Assembly (NCBI GenBank): GCA_045047115.1
Contig: JASFYR010000021.1
Location: 32,190-96,189 of the forward strand
Source: Sulfurospirillum sp.
Lineage (GTDB): Bacteria > Campylobacterota > Campylobacteria > Campylobacterales > Sulfurospirillaceae
Direction: 5' to 3'
DNA: 64,000 nt
This document shows positions 37,970 to 46,989 of the stretch, one piece after another. Each line of letters begins with the position of its first letter. Positions within the stretch are counted from its first letter, which is position 1. Below the pieces are notes generated by a model that saw only the letters and a list, made by a program, of their open reading frames with translations, was not told the origin of the DNA and did no database searches. The translations under genes were made by a program, and so were the position numbers.

Positions 37970-40255
37970 CTAAATTTTACTGTTTTTTAGTCGTAGCGCA
38001 TTTACTATAACTGATACAGAGCTAAAACTCATAGCTGCAGCAGCAATGACCGGTGAAAGCAATATGCCAAAAAATGGATACAATACGCCTGCTGCGATAG
38101 GAACTCCCGCACTGTTATATATAAAAGCAAAAAACAGATTTTGCCTTATGTTTTTCATAGTGGCTCGACTTAGCTTTAAAACCTTGACGATTCCCAGTAA
38201 ATCCCCTTTTATAAGTGTAATTCCCGCACTCTCAATAGCCACATCTGTTCCTGTACCCATAGCGATTCCTACATCTGCCTGAGCAAGAGCCGGTGCATCA
38301 TTTATACCATCGCCTGCCATAGCCACAGTTTTTCCATCTTTTTGTAATTGCCTAATCACCTTTGCTTTATCGGCAGGCATAACATTGGCAACGACTGTAT
38401 CAATTTTCAGCTTTTTTGCCACAGCATTTGCAGTAGATTCATTATCGCCACTTAGCATTACTATCTCTAAGCCATCTGTTTTTAACTTACTCAAAGCATC
38501 AATGGATGTCTCTTTGATAGGATCTTCTACTCCTATAAGTGCGCTAAATTTAGAATCAATTACTACGAAAATTACACCTTTACCATCTTCTCTTAGATTT
38601 TCAGCAATCTGCGCAACATCCTTGGTGGATACATTAAAGTCACCCAAAAGCCTATCGCTTCCCAGCATAACTCTTTTGCCTCCTATCTCACCCTTTATGC
38701 CTCTGCCTGTGATCGAAGTAAAATTTTCAACATTATCTAGACTTATCTCTTTTTGTTTCACATGCTCAACTACAGCTTCAGCCAATGGATGCTCGCTAGC
38801 ACGCTCCAGGCTTCCAGCCAACCCAAGTACTTCTTTTTCATCAAATCCATCTGCTATCAAAACAGATGTAACTTTTGGTTTCCCTTCCGTAAGAGTCCCG
38901 GTTTTGTCAACGACAAGAGTATCTACTTTTTCCATTGTTTCTAAAGTTTTTGCATCTTTTATAAGTATTCCCATCAATGCAGCTCTTCCTGTTCCCACCA
39001 TGATAGATATAGGAGTAGCAAGCCCAAGAGCGCAGGGGCAAGCAATTATAAGCACAGAAACAGCGGACACTACAGCATATGCCAAACTAGGCTCAGGACC
39101 ATATAGCCACCAGCCTGCAAAAGCAAATATAGCTGAAATCACAACAGCCGGAACAAAATATACCGAAACTGTATCTGCCAGTTTTTGTATAGGTGCACGA
39201 GAGCGTTGAGCTTGTGAAACCATCTGAACGATTTGCGCCAGCATAGTATCATTACCAACATTTTGAGCTTCCATAATCAATGTTCCGTTTTTATTTTGTG
39301 TCGCACCTATAAGTTTGTCGCCTTTTCCTTTTGAAACAACAACCGGCTCACCAGTTATCATAGATTCGTCTATATTGCTCAGTCCCTCCACTACTATACC
39401 GTCAACTGGTATTTTTTCACCGGGCTTGATTCTTAATCTGTCACTGACTTGAACCATCTCCAGGTTTACATCTTCTTCATTTCCATCAGCATCGATGATA
39501 CGATGTGCCTGTTTCGGTGCGAGGTTTAAGAGTATCTTGATAGCTGTATTTGTTTTGCTTCTCGCTCTTAGTTCTAGCACCTGCCCCAAAAGAACCAGTG
39601 TCACAATCACTGCCGATGTCTCAAAATAGACTGGCACCAACCCCTCTCTTTTTTGCATAAGCAGAGGGAAGATATCTGGTAAAAACAGTGCAACCAGGCT
39701 ATAAAAATATGCCGCCGTTACACCTATGGCTATCAGCGTAAACATATTTAGATTCCAACTCTTTACAGACTGATAACCTCTAAGAAAAAATGGCCACCCT
39801 GCCCAAAGCACAACAGGAGTAGCAAATACAAATTCAAACCACTGTATATCTTTTAATGACACAGCGCCTGGCATGAGATTTGGTGCCAAATCACTCACCA
39901 TAGCTACCAGAAAAACAGGTATAGAAAGGGCTACACTTATCCAGAATCTCTTACTCATATAATCAAGCTCTTCGTTTCCATCATCTGCTTCAACAGTAAC
40001 AGCCTCAAGAGCCATGCCGCATTTTGGGCACGAACCTGGTTCATCTTCTATGACTTCCGGATGCATTGGGCAGGTATATTTTGTTGACACCGTAGGAACT
40101 GCCTCTACCTCTTTTTCCAAAGCCATACCGCATTTTGGACAAGAGCCCGGTTTGTCCTGGTGAATTTCCGGATGCATTGGACAAGTATAGAATTTGTGCC
40201 CAATTTCGCAAGTATTGTCTTTACAATAAATATTCTCATTTTTTTCGTGACTCAT
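37970..40255 (-). CDS. copA: Cu(I)-translocating P1B-type ATPase
   Basis: 2x YTCPMHPE..PGSCPKCGM, TGE, CPC, DKTGT, HP, GDGINDAP, YN and MxxSS. Confidence 0.95.
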   Translation of the reverse strand: MSHEKNENIYCKDNTCEIGHKFYTCPMHPEIHQDKPGSCPKCGMALEKEVEAVPTVSTKYTCPMHPEVIEDEPGSCPKCGMALEAVTVEADDGNEELDYMSKRFWISVALSIPVFLVAMVSDLAPNLMPGAVSLKDIQWFEFVFATPVVLWAGWPFFLRGYQSVKSWNLNMFTLIAIGVTAAYFYSLVALFLPDIFPLLMQKREGLVPVYFETSAVIVTLVLLGQVLELRARSKTNTAIKILLNLAPKQAHRIIDADGNEEDVNLEMVQVSDRLRIKPGEKIPVDGIVVEGLSNIDESMITGEPVVVSKGKGDKLIGATQNKNGTLIMEAQNVGNDTMLAQIVQMVSQAQRSRAPIQKLADTVSVYFVPAVVISAIFAFAGWWLYGPEPSLAYAVVSAVSVLIIACPCALGLATPISIMVGTGRAALMGILIKDAKTLETMEKVDTLVVDKTGTLTEGKPKVTSVLIADGFDEKEVLGLAGSLERASEHPLAEAVVEHVKQKEISLDNVENFTSITGRGIKGEIGGKRVMLGSDRLLGDFNVSTKDVAQIAENLREDGKGVIFVVIDSKFSALIGVEDPIKETSIDALSKLKTDGLEIVMLSGDNESTANAVAKKLKIDTVVANVMPADKAKVIRQLQKDGKTVAMAGDGINDAPALAQADVGIAMGTGTDVAIESAGITLIKGDLLGIVKVLKLSRATMKNIRQNLFFAFIYNSAGVPIAAGVLYPFFGILLSPVIAAAAMSFSSVSVIVNALRLKNSKI

Positions 40256-40300
40256 AAATCACCTCCAGTGTATAGATTTTGTATGGAATCACAGAGCCGG

Positions 40301-41791
40301 TTATACAACAAGTAACTGCCCCATCATGCCACCGTCTTCGTGTTCGAGTATATGACAGTGAAACATATATGGTACTTTGGAATCACTGTAGTATCTAAAA
40401 GGCACCATTATATAAGCTATGCCCATGGGATCAACATTGACTGTATCCACAAAGCCGGCTTCACCAGGATATGGCTGTCTTCCATTGATAGACAAAATCT
40501 TAAATTGTGTATTGTGTATATGGAGCGGGTGCGACATAGGTGATTTGTTCATAACTTTCCATATCTCAAATGTATCTTTTTTGGCTATGGCATCGATTCT
40601 GTTCATATCCATACTTTTTCCATTTATAAAAAAATTGTCATCTCCTCCATCCCCACTCATCATTCCCATACCCATTCTCATCTGTAGAGTTATGTTTCTT
40701 ACACCAACCGCAATTTTTGGATCCCAAACAGGATGTTTTGCAAGATCTGACGGTACTTCAGCACTACTGCTTTTTGCGCCTTTTGATTCTACTTTTAAGA
40801 GGTCAAATTCCATATCAAAGCCCATTCCTCCCATCATCATACCCATCATACCTCGACTCTGCTTCAGTGCGCCTTTATAGCTTTTTAACGCTACATCTTT
40901 TCCATCACTCATATCAACTACTATGTCCACTCTTTGGGCAGGAGCTAATTTTATTTGGTTTAGACTAACAGGCTTTTCCAGCAATCCACCATCACTTCCG
41001 ACAAGTTTAAATTTTCTATGATCGCTAAAACCCAAAAGATAGTATCTGGCATTTGAGCCGTTTAATATTCTAAACCTTATCAGTCTCTTTTTGGCTTTTA
41101 ATGTCGGAGCTATTACACCATTTACCAATACATAATTTCCATGTATTCCCATCATTTTCTCTGGCATAGAACTTACATATCTAAATGAACCGTCATTATT
41201 GAAATTTCTATCTTGCAAAACTATAGGTATATCGTCCACACCATATTCGCTTGGCAGATTTACACTTGTGCTTTCATCTTCATCAATTATAAAGAGTCCT
41301 GCTAGACCTTTATATACCTGAGCTCCCGTTTGATGTAGAAGATGAGAATGATACCAAAGCATAGAAGCTCTATTTTTTATAACAAATTCCGGCGACCAGA
41401 TGGCTTCGTTTTTTATGATTTGATGTGGTCCGCCATCCATCTTTGCCGGAAGTTCAAAACCGTGCCAATGTATAGTAGAGTCATACCCTAAAGAGTTCTT
41501 GATATTTACTTTTATAAACTCATCTTTTTTTGCTCTCAAAGTTGGCCCTAGAAATGGCGCATTTATTCCTATAGTCTCTGTTTTTAAACCTTTAAAAAAC
41601 TCCATTTCGCCTTTTTGAAGATTTAAATTAAAAACTCTCTTTCCGTCTTTTATCTCACCCTCATATAGAGGTGGCACTATAAATTTTCTCTCTTCCTCAA
41701 AGACATCATAAGAGTATAGACTCTTAGCTCCAAAAAATGCTACTCCTGCCGTACCTAATGCTCCAGCTACTAAAAAATTTCTTCTTTTCAT
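40301..41791 (-). CDS. Tat-exported multicopper oxidase (CueO-like)
   Basis: RRNFL; HWHG, WYHSH, HPLHIH, HCHILEHEDGGM all intact; Met-rich loops. Confidence 0.93.
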   Translation of the reverse strand: MKRRNFLVAGALGTAGVAFFGAKSLYSYDVFEEERKFIVPPLYEGEIKDGKRVFNLNLQKGEMEFFKGLKTETIGINAPFLGPTLRAKKDEFIKVNIKNSLGYDSTIHWHGFELPAKMDGGPHQIIKNEAIWSPEFVIKNRASMLWYHSHLLHQTGAQVYKGLAGLFIIDEDESTSVNLPSEYGVDDIPIVLQDRNFNNDGSFRYVSSMPEKMMGIHGNYVLVNGVIAPTLKAKKRLIRFRILNGSNARYYLLGFSDHRKFKLVGSDGGLLEKPVSLNQIKLAPAQRVDIVVDMSDGKDVALKSYKGALKQSRGMMGMMMGGMGFDMEFDLLKVESKGAKSSSAEVPSDLAKHPVWDPKIAVGVRNITLQMRMGMGMMSGDGGDDNFFINGKSMDMNRIDAIAKKDTFEIWKVMNKSPMSHPLHIHNTQFKILSINGRQPYPGEAGFVDTVNVDPMGIAYIMVPFRYYSDSKVPYMFHCHILEHEDGGMMGQLLVV

Positions 41792-41803
41792 CTATTGTTC
41801 CTT

Positions 41804-42190
41804 TTATGACTGCCAGGTATTCATAATATTTTTTACTTTTTTAAATACACTATTCATATAAATTTTTATTTTGGGGTCTAATTCAAAATTTTCTGTTATA
41901 TTGTCTATGCTGATTGTATTCATGGTTATCTTCCCATCTTTTTCAAAAAGTGATATCCGACAAGGAAGAAAGACTGAAACTTCAGGGTGGACATCCAAGA
42001 TAGTTTGAGCAGCAGAGGGATTGCAAATCTCAAATACAGTGATATCTTTTTGTATAGGAGAGCCTTTTTCTTGGAGAATCTCTTTGAAGTGATACTCTTT
42101 CAAAACACCAAATCCCTGCTTTTTAGCACGGTCTGCCATATCCCGTTTTATATTTTTGATTGTCTCTTGTGTAGTAATCGTATAAAGCAT
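41804..42190 (-). CDS. DUF302-domain protein
   Basis: GFGVL, FEICNP, FLPCRISL. Confidence 0.88.
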   Translation of the reverse strand: MLYTITTQETIKNIKRDMADRAKKQGFGVLKEYHFKEILQEKGSPIQKDITVFEICNPSAAQTILDVHPEVSVFLPCRISLFEKDGKITMNTISIDNITENFELDPKIKIYMNSVFKKVKNIMNTWQS

Positions 42191-42255
42191 TTTTTATCCT
42201 TTTTTTAACTGATCAAACAACCAGTTTTTTTTGACATTTGATCAATTTATAATTC

Positions 42256-42295
42256 TGATAAAATTATACTTATACAGTATGGAGTTAGTGTGGAG
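42256..42295 (-). promoter_or_regulatory. Copper-island promoter: CTCCACAC-N3-CTCCATAC-N8-TATAAT
   Basis: 11-bp-period direct repeat; the 40-bp block is 37/40 identical to 45728-45767. Confidence 0.75.
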
Positions 42296-42507
42296 AAACA
42301 AATACGCCTTGCAACTATGTACACTCAATGTATAGTGATTATTATTTGACTTATCTCTTAAGCCTGCAAAAATCTAGCTTGCACTGGGACTATTTCCTTA
42401 TCGCTGATAGTTGGTTTTATTTATGTTTAGGTACCCAAATGCAAAACTTACAAAATATAAGCATTAACTAAAACTTCACTCTTAGTAAAGTAATCACAAA
42501 ATAATCA

Positions 42508-42540
42508 CTCCACACCGTTTCCACACTAAAACTATACAAT
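42508..42540 (+). promoter_or_regulatory. Copper-island promoter: CTCCACAC-N3-TTCCACAC-N8-TACAAT
   Basis: Same repeat and same spacing to the -10 as the other two copies. Confidence 0.72.
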
Positions 42541-42569
42541 TCCTCTTAATTTTAAAATAAAGGAAAAAA

Positions 42570-42611
42570 ATGACTACTACAAATCGAATCATTTATGGAC
42601 AAAATAGATGA
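42570..42611 (+). other. 13-codon upstream ORF (MTTTNRIIYGQNR) overlapping the oxidase start
   Basis: AAGGA RBS, ATG at 42570, TGA at 42609-42611 in an ATGA overlap. Confidence 0.45.
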
Positions 42612-44392
42612 AAAAGCATAAAAACCCAATCACCCGAAGAGTTTTTGTAAAAGGCTTGACAGCCGCATCAATAGCAGTAACAGTGCCTATAAATCTGAAT
42701 GCAAAAATGACAAAAAAAGAGTTTGACAAAGGCGATGTATTGTCTGGAAAAGTATTTAACTTAAGCATCGAATATAGTGCGGTAAATATAACAGGAACAC
42801 CTGTGATTGCAACCACTATCAATGGAAAATTACATGCCCCAACACTAAAATGGACAGAAGGTGACGACATAACTATAAATGTAACAAACAACCTTAAGGA
42901 AGATACTTCTATTCATTGGCATGGTATCATTATTCCCACTCACATGGATGGGGTTCCTGATATTAGCTTTGATGGAATTAAGCCAGGAACTACTTTTACT
43001 TACAAATTCAGAGTCAAACAAAGTGGAACTTTTTGGTATCATAGCCACTCTGGGTTTCAAGAGCAAACAGGTGTACACGGTGCAATTGTTATAGAACCAA
43101 AGGAAAAAGACCCATACGATTATGATGTTGATTATGTTGTGGCACTTTCCGATTGGAGTGATGAAAATCCTAAAAGTATCTATAGAAAACTAAAAATTGC
43201 GGGGGATTATTATAATATCAAGCAAAGAACAATCGGAGATTTTTTAAATGAAATCAAAAAAGAGGGTTTTTTAGAAGCTTTTAATAAAAGGAAGATGTGG
43301 AATGAGATGGATATGGGGGATAGGGACCTCTCTGATGTCACAGGATATACATATACATTTCTTATGAATGGTGATAATCCAGCAACAAACTGGAAAGCTA
43401 TATTTAAAAAAGGGCAGAAAATCCGTCTTCGTTTCATAAATAGTTCGGCTATGACTTTTTTTGATGTGAGAATTCCAGGTCTGCAGATGAAGGTTGTCGC
43501 AGCAGATGGGAACAATATCCATCCTATAAATATAGAAGAGTTTAGAATAGGGGTGGCAGAAACTTATGATGTGATAGTTGAGCCAAAAGAGAACAAAGCA
43601 TATCCTATATTTGCACAAAGTATAGATAGAACAGGTTATGCGCTTGGTTCATTAACTCATGATGAAAATATGGTAGCCTCTGCACCCCAGATGGATCCTT
43701 TGCCAATACTGAGCATGACTGACATGGGTATGAACATGGGCAAGATGAATATGGGAAACAGTAAGAAACCCATGAAAATGGGCAGTATGAATAAGATGCA
43801 AAAGTCGCCAATGTCAAAAACAAAGATGAGTGGAATGAACATGAGCAAAATGGCAAATTCAAACATGAGCAAAACCATTCCGATAACGCCACTAGAGCAT
43901 GCCGATGGACCACAAAGCACAATGAAGGCACAAAATCCACAGTATAGACTAGATGACCCTGGAGTTGGATTAAGAAATAATGGAAGAAAAGTTTTAAAAT
44001 ACTCTGATTTAAAATCTCTTAGATCTGTCGCACACGATAAAAAACCAGACAGAGAAATTATACTACACCTAACAGGCAACATGGAACGCTACATGTGGTC
44101 AATAAATGGCATAGCATATCCAGATGCCAAGCCCTTAATATTTAATTATGGGGAAAGACTTAGAATTACATATATCAATGATACTATGATGAATCACCCT
44201 ATGCATCTACACGGCATGTGGTCTGATGTTGAAAGTGGTGCTAATCAATTTGTCAGAAAGCACACTGTTATAGTTCAACCAGGTTCTAAGATAAGCATGC
44301 AAGTTACAGTTGATGCTAGAGGTTCTTGGGCATATCATTGTCATCTATTGTACGACATGGCAGGAATGTTTAGAAAAGTAGTGGTAGCATAA
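42608..44392 (+). CDS. pcoA: CopA/PcoA-type copper-resistance multicopper oxidase with a T1 His-to-Asp change
   Basis: TRRVFVK Tat motif; HWHG, WYHSH, Met-rich linker, LTGNMERYMWS, HPMHLHG, HCHLLYDM. Confidence 0.9.
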   Translation: MKKHKNPITRRVFVKGLTAASIAVTVPINLNAKMTKKEFDKGDVLSGKVFNLSIEYSAVNITGTPVIATTINGKLHAPTLKWTEGDDITINVTNNLKEDTSIHWHGIIIPTHMDGVPDISFDGIKPGTTFTYKFRVKQSGTFWYHSHSGFQEQTGVHGAIVIEPKEKDPYDYDVDYVVALSDWSDENPKSIYRKLKIAGDYYNIKQRTIGDFLNEIKKEGFLEAFNKRKMWNEMDMGDRDLSDVTGYTYTFLMNGDNPATNWKAIFKKGQKIRLRFINSSAMTFFDVRIPGLQMKVVAADGNNIHPINIEEFRIGVAETYDVIVEPKENKAYPIFAQSIDRTGYALGSLTHDENMVASAPQMDPLPILSMTDMGMNMGKMNMGNSKKPMKMGSMNKMQKSPMSKTKMSGMNMSKMANSNMSKTIPITPLEHADGPQSTMKAQNPQYRLDDPGVGLRNNGRKVLKYSDLKSLRSVAHDKKPDREIILHLTGNMERYMWSINGIAYPDAKPLIFNYGERLRITYINDTMMNHPMHLHGMWSDVESGANQFVRKHTVIVQPGSKISMQVTVDARGSWAYHCHLLYDMAGMFRKVVVA

Positions 44393-45087
44393 TGAAAGGA
44401 ATAAAAATGAAAAAAATATTAAGCACAGCATTGCTACTATCGAGTGTAACAGTATCTAGTTTTGCTGCATCTAGTCAGAGCCCAATATATACTAAATTAA
44501 CAATAGATTCACTTGAAAAGCAAGGAAATGCTGATAAATCTATCAGTTGGAGTGGGAACTTTTGGATTGGAAACGAACTAAACAAAGTGTACTTATACAG
44601 TGAGGGCGACAAACCAAAAAATAGTTCTAGCGAGAGCCAGAATCAGCTAGTTGTCAGCCATGCAATTTCTCCATATTGGGATGTTCAACTCGGAATAGGG
44701 TATGATGAAAAAATTGGAAATCATCAAACTTGGGGAATCATCGGTTTTCAAGGAATGTTACCATATTTTATAGAAACAAGAGCAATACTTTTAGCCGGAA
44801 ACAACACTATTGGATTGAGGCTTGAAGCAGAATATAAAGCTTTGATAACACAAAGACTTTATCTAACACCTAGCCTGTCTACTGCATTTTATTCTAAAGA
44901 TATACCAAAGATAGAATTAGGAAAAGGTTTGTCAAGCATAACCGCTAATTTGAAGCTAAATTATGAAATCACTAAACAGTTTATTCCTTATATAGGAGTA
45001 CAGTGGAGTAAAAATTATGGCAATACAAATAATTTCAGCCAACTTAATGAGACATATCTCGTAGGTGGTTTTAAATTTTGGTTTTAA
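44392..45087 (+). CDS. pcoB: Copper resistance outer-membrane protein B
   Basis: AISPYWDVQLG, LRLEAEY..LITQRL, YEITKQFIPYIGVQW, C-terminal WF; alternative start 44407. Confidence 0.9.
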   Translation: MKGIKMKKILSTALLLSSVTVSSFAASSQSPIYTKLTIDSLEKQGNADKSISWSGNFWIGNELNKVYLYSEGDKPKNSSSESQNQLVVSHAISPYWDVQLGIGYDEKIGNHQTWGIIGFQGMLPYFIETRAILLAGNNTIGLRLEAEYKALITQRLYLTPSLSTAFYSKDIPKIELGKGLSSITANLKLNYEITKQFIPYIGVQWSKNYGNTNNFSQLNETYLVGGFKFWF

Positions 45088-45098
45088 AAATAAGATTT

Positions 45099-45122
45099 AT
45101 ACGGGCTTTAAAAAGCCCGTAT
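45099..45122. terminator. Bidirectional terminator
   Basis: ATACGGGCTTT-AA-AAAGCCCGTAT between convergent genes. Confidence 0.75.
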
Positions 45123-45189
45123 TTTAAGTAACTAGCACCTAACCAATGCAATTGTTGTAAAAAGCAATCTCCTCTCCTATTTTAACAAT

Positions 45190-45699
45190 TTATCTGACAC
45201 TCTCTATCTCTTTAACCGCTTTTGTGACATCTCCCATACAACAACTTCCACTTGGATTTTTTATCTCACAAGAACATCCGATGGTATCCATGTTGTGTTT
45301 TATATCTTCTATAGCTGAACTTTTTCCATTTTTTAGCAAATCTTCTTTAATTCTTTGCTTTGTCCATCCAAAACAATAGCACATATTTGCAGGCTCTGCT
45401 CCATCTTTTAATCCAACACTTACGCTCAAATCATCTTGAGTCAACACTTCATCACCTCTAAAATATATAACTCTACATGTAGAGGTTTTGCAATAGTAAA
45501 ATCCACCATAACAATCTATCCTTGCCTTAGCTTCGCTTGTCAATAAATATTCTAGTGTTTTACCTAAAACACCTTTAGATTCTTGTGAACACTGCGGACA
45601 CTCCACTTTTCCTTTTGGTTGTGGAGTACAACAATCGTGACCATTGCTCGCCGGCTGTACCGTACAACAAGATGCTTCTTCTTTCTTAAAAAAATTCAT
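45190..45699 (-). CDS. Cys-rich CopZ-N-like (Zn/2Fe-2S) metallochaperone
   Basis: CPQC, YYCKTSTC.VIYF, CYCF, C.CEIKNPSGSCC pattern resembles the Archaeoglobus CopZ N-terminal domain. Confidence 0.78.
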   Translation of the reverse strand: MNFFKKEEASCCTVQPASNGHDCCTPQPKGKVECPQCSQESKGVLGKTLEYLLTSEAKARIDCYGGFYYCKTSTCRVIYFRGDEVLTQDDLSVSVGLKDGAEPANMCYCFGWTKQRIKEDLLKNGKSSAIEDIKHNMDTIGCSCEIKNPSGSCCMGDVTKAVKEIESVR

Positions 45700-45727
45700 A
45701 TCCTATCCTTTTAAATACGGTTCTTAT

Positions 45728-45767
45728 TGATAAAATCATACTTATACAGTATGGAGTCTGTGTGGAG
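45728..45767 (-). promoter_or_regulatory. Copper-island promoter: CTCCACAC-N3-CTCCATAC-N8-TATGAT
   Basis: 37/40 identical to 42256-42295. Confidence 0.75.
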
Positions 45768-45769
45768 TG

Positions 45770-45799
45770 GTAAAAAGGGGTGACAATGCCCCTTTTTAC
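45770..45799 (-). terminator. Intrinsic terminator after the phosphagen kinase
   Basis: GTAAAAAGGGG-TGACAATG-CCCCTTTTTAC. Confidence 0.7.
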
Positions 45800-45801
45800 G
45801 C

Positions 45802-46833
45802 TTAGCAGAGGTTTTTTTCGCAATCTATCAGTGCCTTGACACCATCATACATATCTTGCACACACTGCACTTCGGTTACGCCAAGTCGTCTTTTGTTGCT
45901 TATATCATAGACTCCGCCTTCACTTTGCGAGTGTTCACCGTGGATTCCTCTGATTTGCAGGTGATGCTTGTCTGTGATAGACTTGAATTTTTCCATATTT
46001 TGCGAGAGTTTTGGCAATATTATGTGGACACTTGCTCTCATGGCAGTCCCTAGATTTGTCGGGCAGCTTGTTATATATCCTAAATGCTCATTAAAGGCAA
46101 ACTTCATTCTCTTTTCCAACTCTCCTATCGCCCCGGCAAGCCTGGAGAAGACCTCTTTTATGTTTCCGCCTTTTTGCATAGAGATGATTCTAAGCTCATC
46201 TTCCTCATTTATCCACACTAAAAAAGTTTTTTCATTGTTGTGATATATGCCTCTGCCACCCGGCCAATCTCGATTTAATCCGGCTGATTCTAAAAATCTA
46301 TCTCCGGCTTTAAATAAGAAATGATCTCTTACCAAAGATAGTCTATCCTCTTCACTCATATCTAAAAGCGGAAAATATCTTCCCGAGAGGCTTCCTTCCA
46401 GGGAGTTTAAAGCACTTGAGACTATACCCTGCACCTCATCTCTTTGCTCTTTTGATATAGCAGGTCCTAGCGGAAAATCTGCCAGATTTCTCCCAACTCG
46501 AATCCTGGTTGAGACTATATACTCATTTTTTGGATCAGGGTTTGGAGCAGATAAACTAAATGGATTTAAGTTGCTTTTGTGTATATCTTTTTTTGAAAAT
46601 CCATGATACTCCTGTATAACAGGATCAAATAAAGCTCCAAAAACAGTGTAAGATTCAATATCTCCGGCGTACACACCTATCCCGCTCTCAGGGTTATCAA
46701 ATCCTGATTTTATAGCTTTTTCAAGCGTAAAACCATTTGGAGTTTTTAGCTCTTTTAGCTCTTCAAATATCTCTTTTGTAAGATACTTTGCCATAAGTGA
46801 TTTATGCTCTTTTGTAAAATTTGGATAATTCAC
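45802..46833 (-). CDS. Phosphagen kinase (arginine kinase type, with N-terminal guanidino-specificity domain)
   Basis: HKSLMAKYLT, GVYAGD.ESY, STRIRVGRN, DHFLFKAGDRFL, WPGGRGIYHN, WINEED, CPTNLGT, IRGIHGEH, DISNKRRLG. Confidence 0.93.
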   Translation of the reverse strand: MNYPNFTKEHKSLMAKYLTKEIFEELKELKTPNGFTLEKAIKSGFDNPESGIGVYAGDIESYTVFGALFDPVIQEYHGFSKKDIHKSNLNPFSLSAPNPDPKNEYIVSTRIRVGRNLADFPLGPAISKEQRDEVQGIVSSALNSLEGSLSGRYFPLLDMSEEDRLSLVRDHFLFKAGDRFLESAGLNRDWPGGRGIYHNNEKTFLVWINEEDELRIISMQKGGNIKEVFSRLAGAIGELEKRMKFAFNEHLGYITSCPTNLGTAMRASVHIILPKLSQNMEKFKSITDKHHLQIRGIHGEHSQSEGGVYDISNKRRLGVTEVQCVQDMYDGVKALIDCEKNLC

Positions 46834-46918
46834 AATAACCTCTCTTTTTAAAAATTATAACATCATTTATAAAATATTTTTTATTTAAAGCTATAATTAG
46901 GGTAAAATTACTCTTAAT

Positions 46919-46968
46919 AACTGATTTGACATACTAACTAAGCATTGCTTAAGTATGTCGAGTCAGTT
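46919..46968. repeat. Palindrome with AACTGA...TCAGTT ends in the MFS leader
   Basis: AACTGATTTGACATACT / AGTATGTCGAGTCAGTT, 15/17 paired, plus inner TAAGC/GCTTA. Confidence 0.6.
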
Positions 46969-46989
46969 TTTAAACTTACAGGATTCAAC

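Noticed and set aside
38385..39209. 274-aa antisense ORF, and similar ORFs at 8378-9070 and 15823-16401
   Set aside because: Shadows of well-supported genes on the opposite strand, with no recognisable motifs
43713..43872. Met-rich low-complexity stretch as a novel repeat
   Set aside because: Normal Cu(I)-binding linker of CopA/PcoA oxidases
45802..46833. McsB protein-arginine kinase
   Set aside because: Has the N-terminal phosphagen kinase domain and lacks ctsR/mcsA/clpC context
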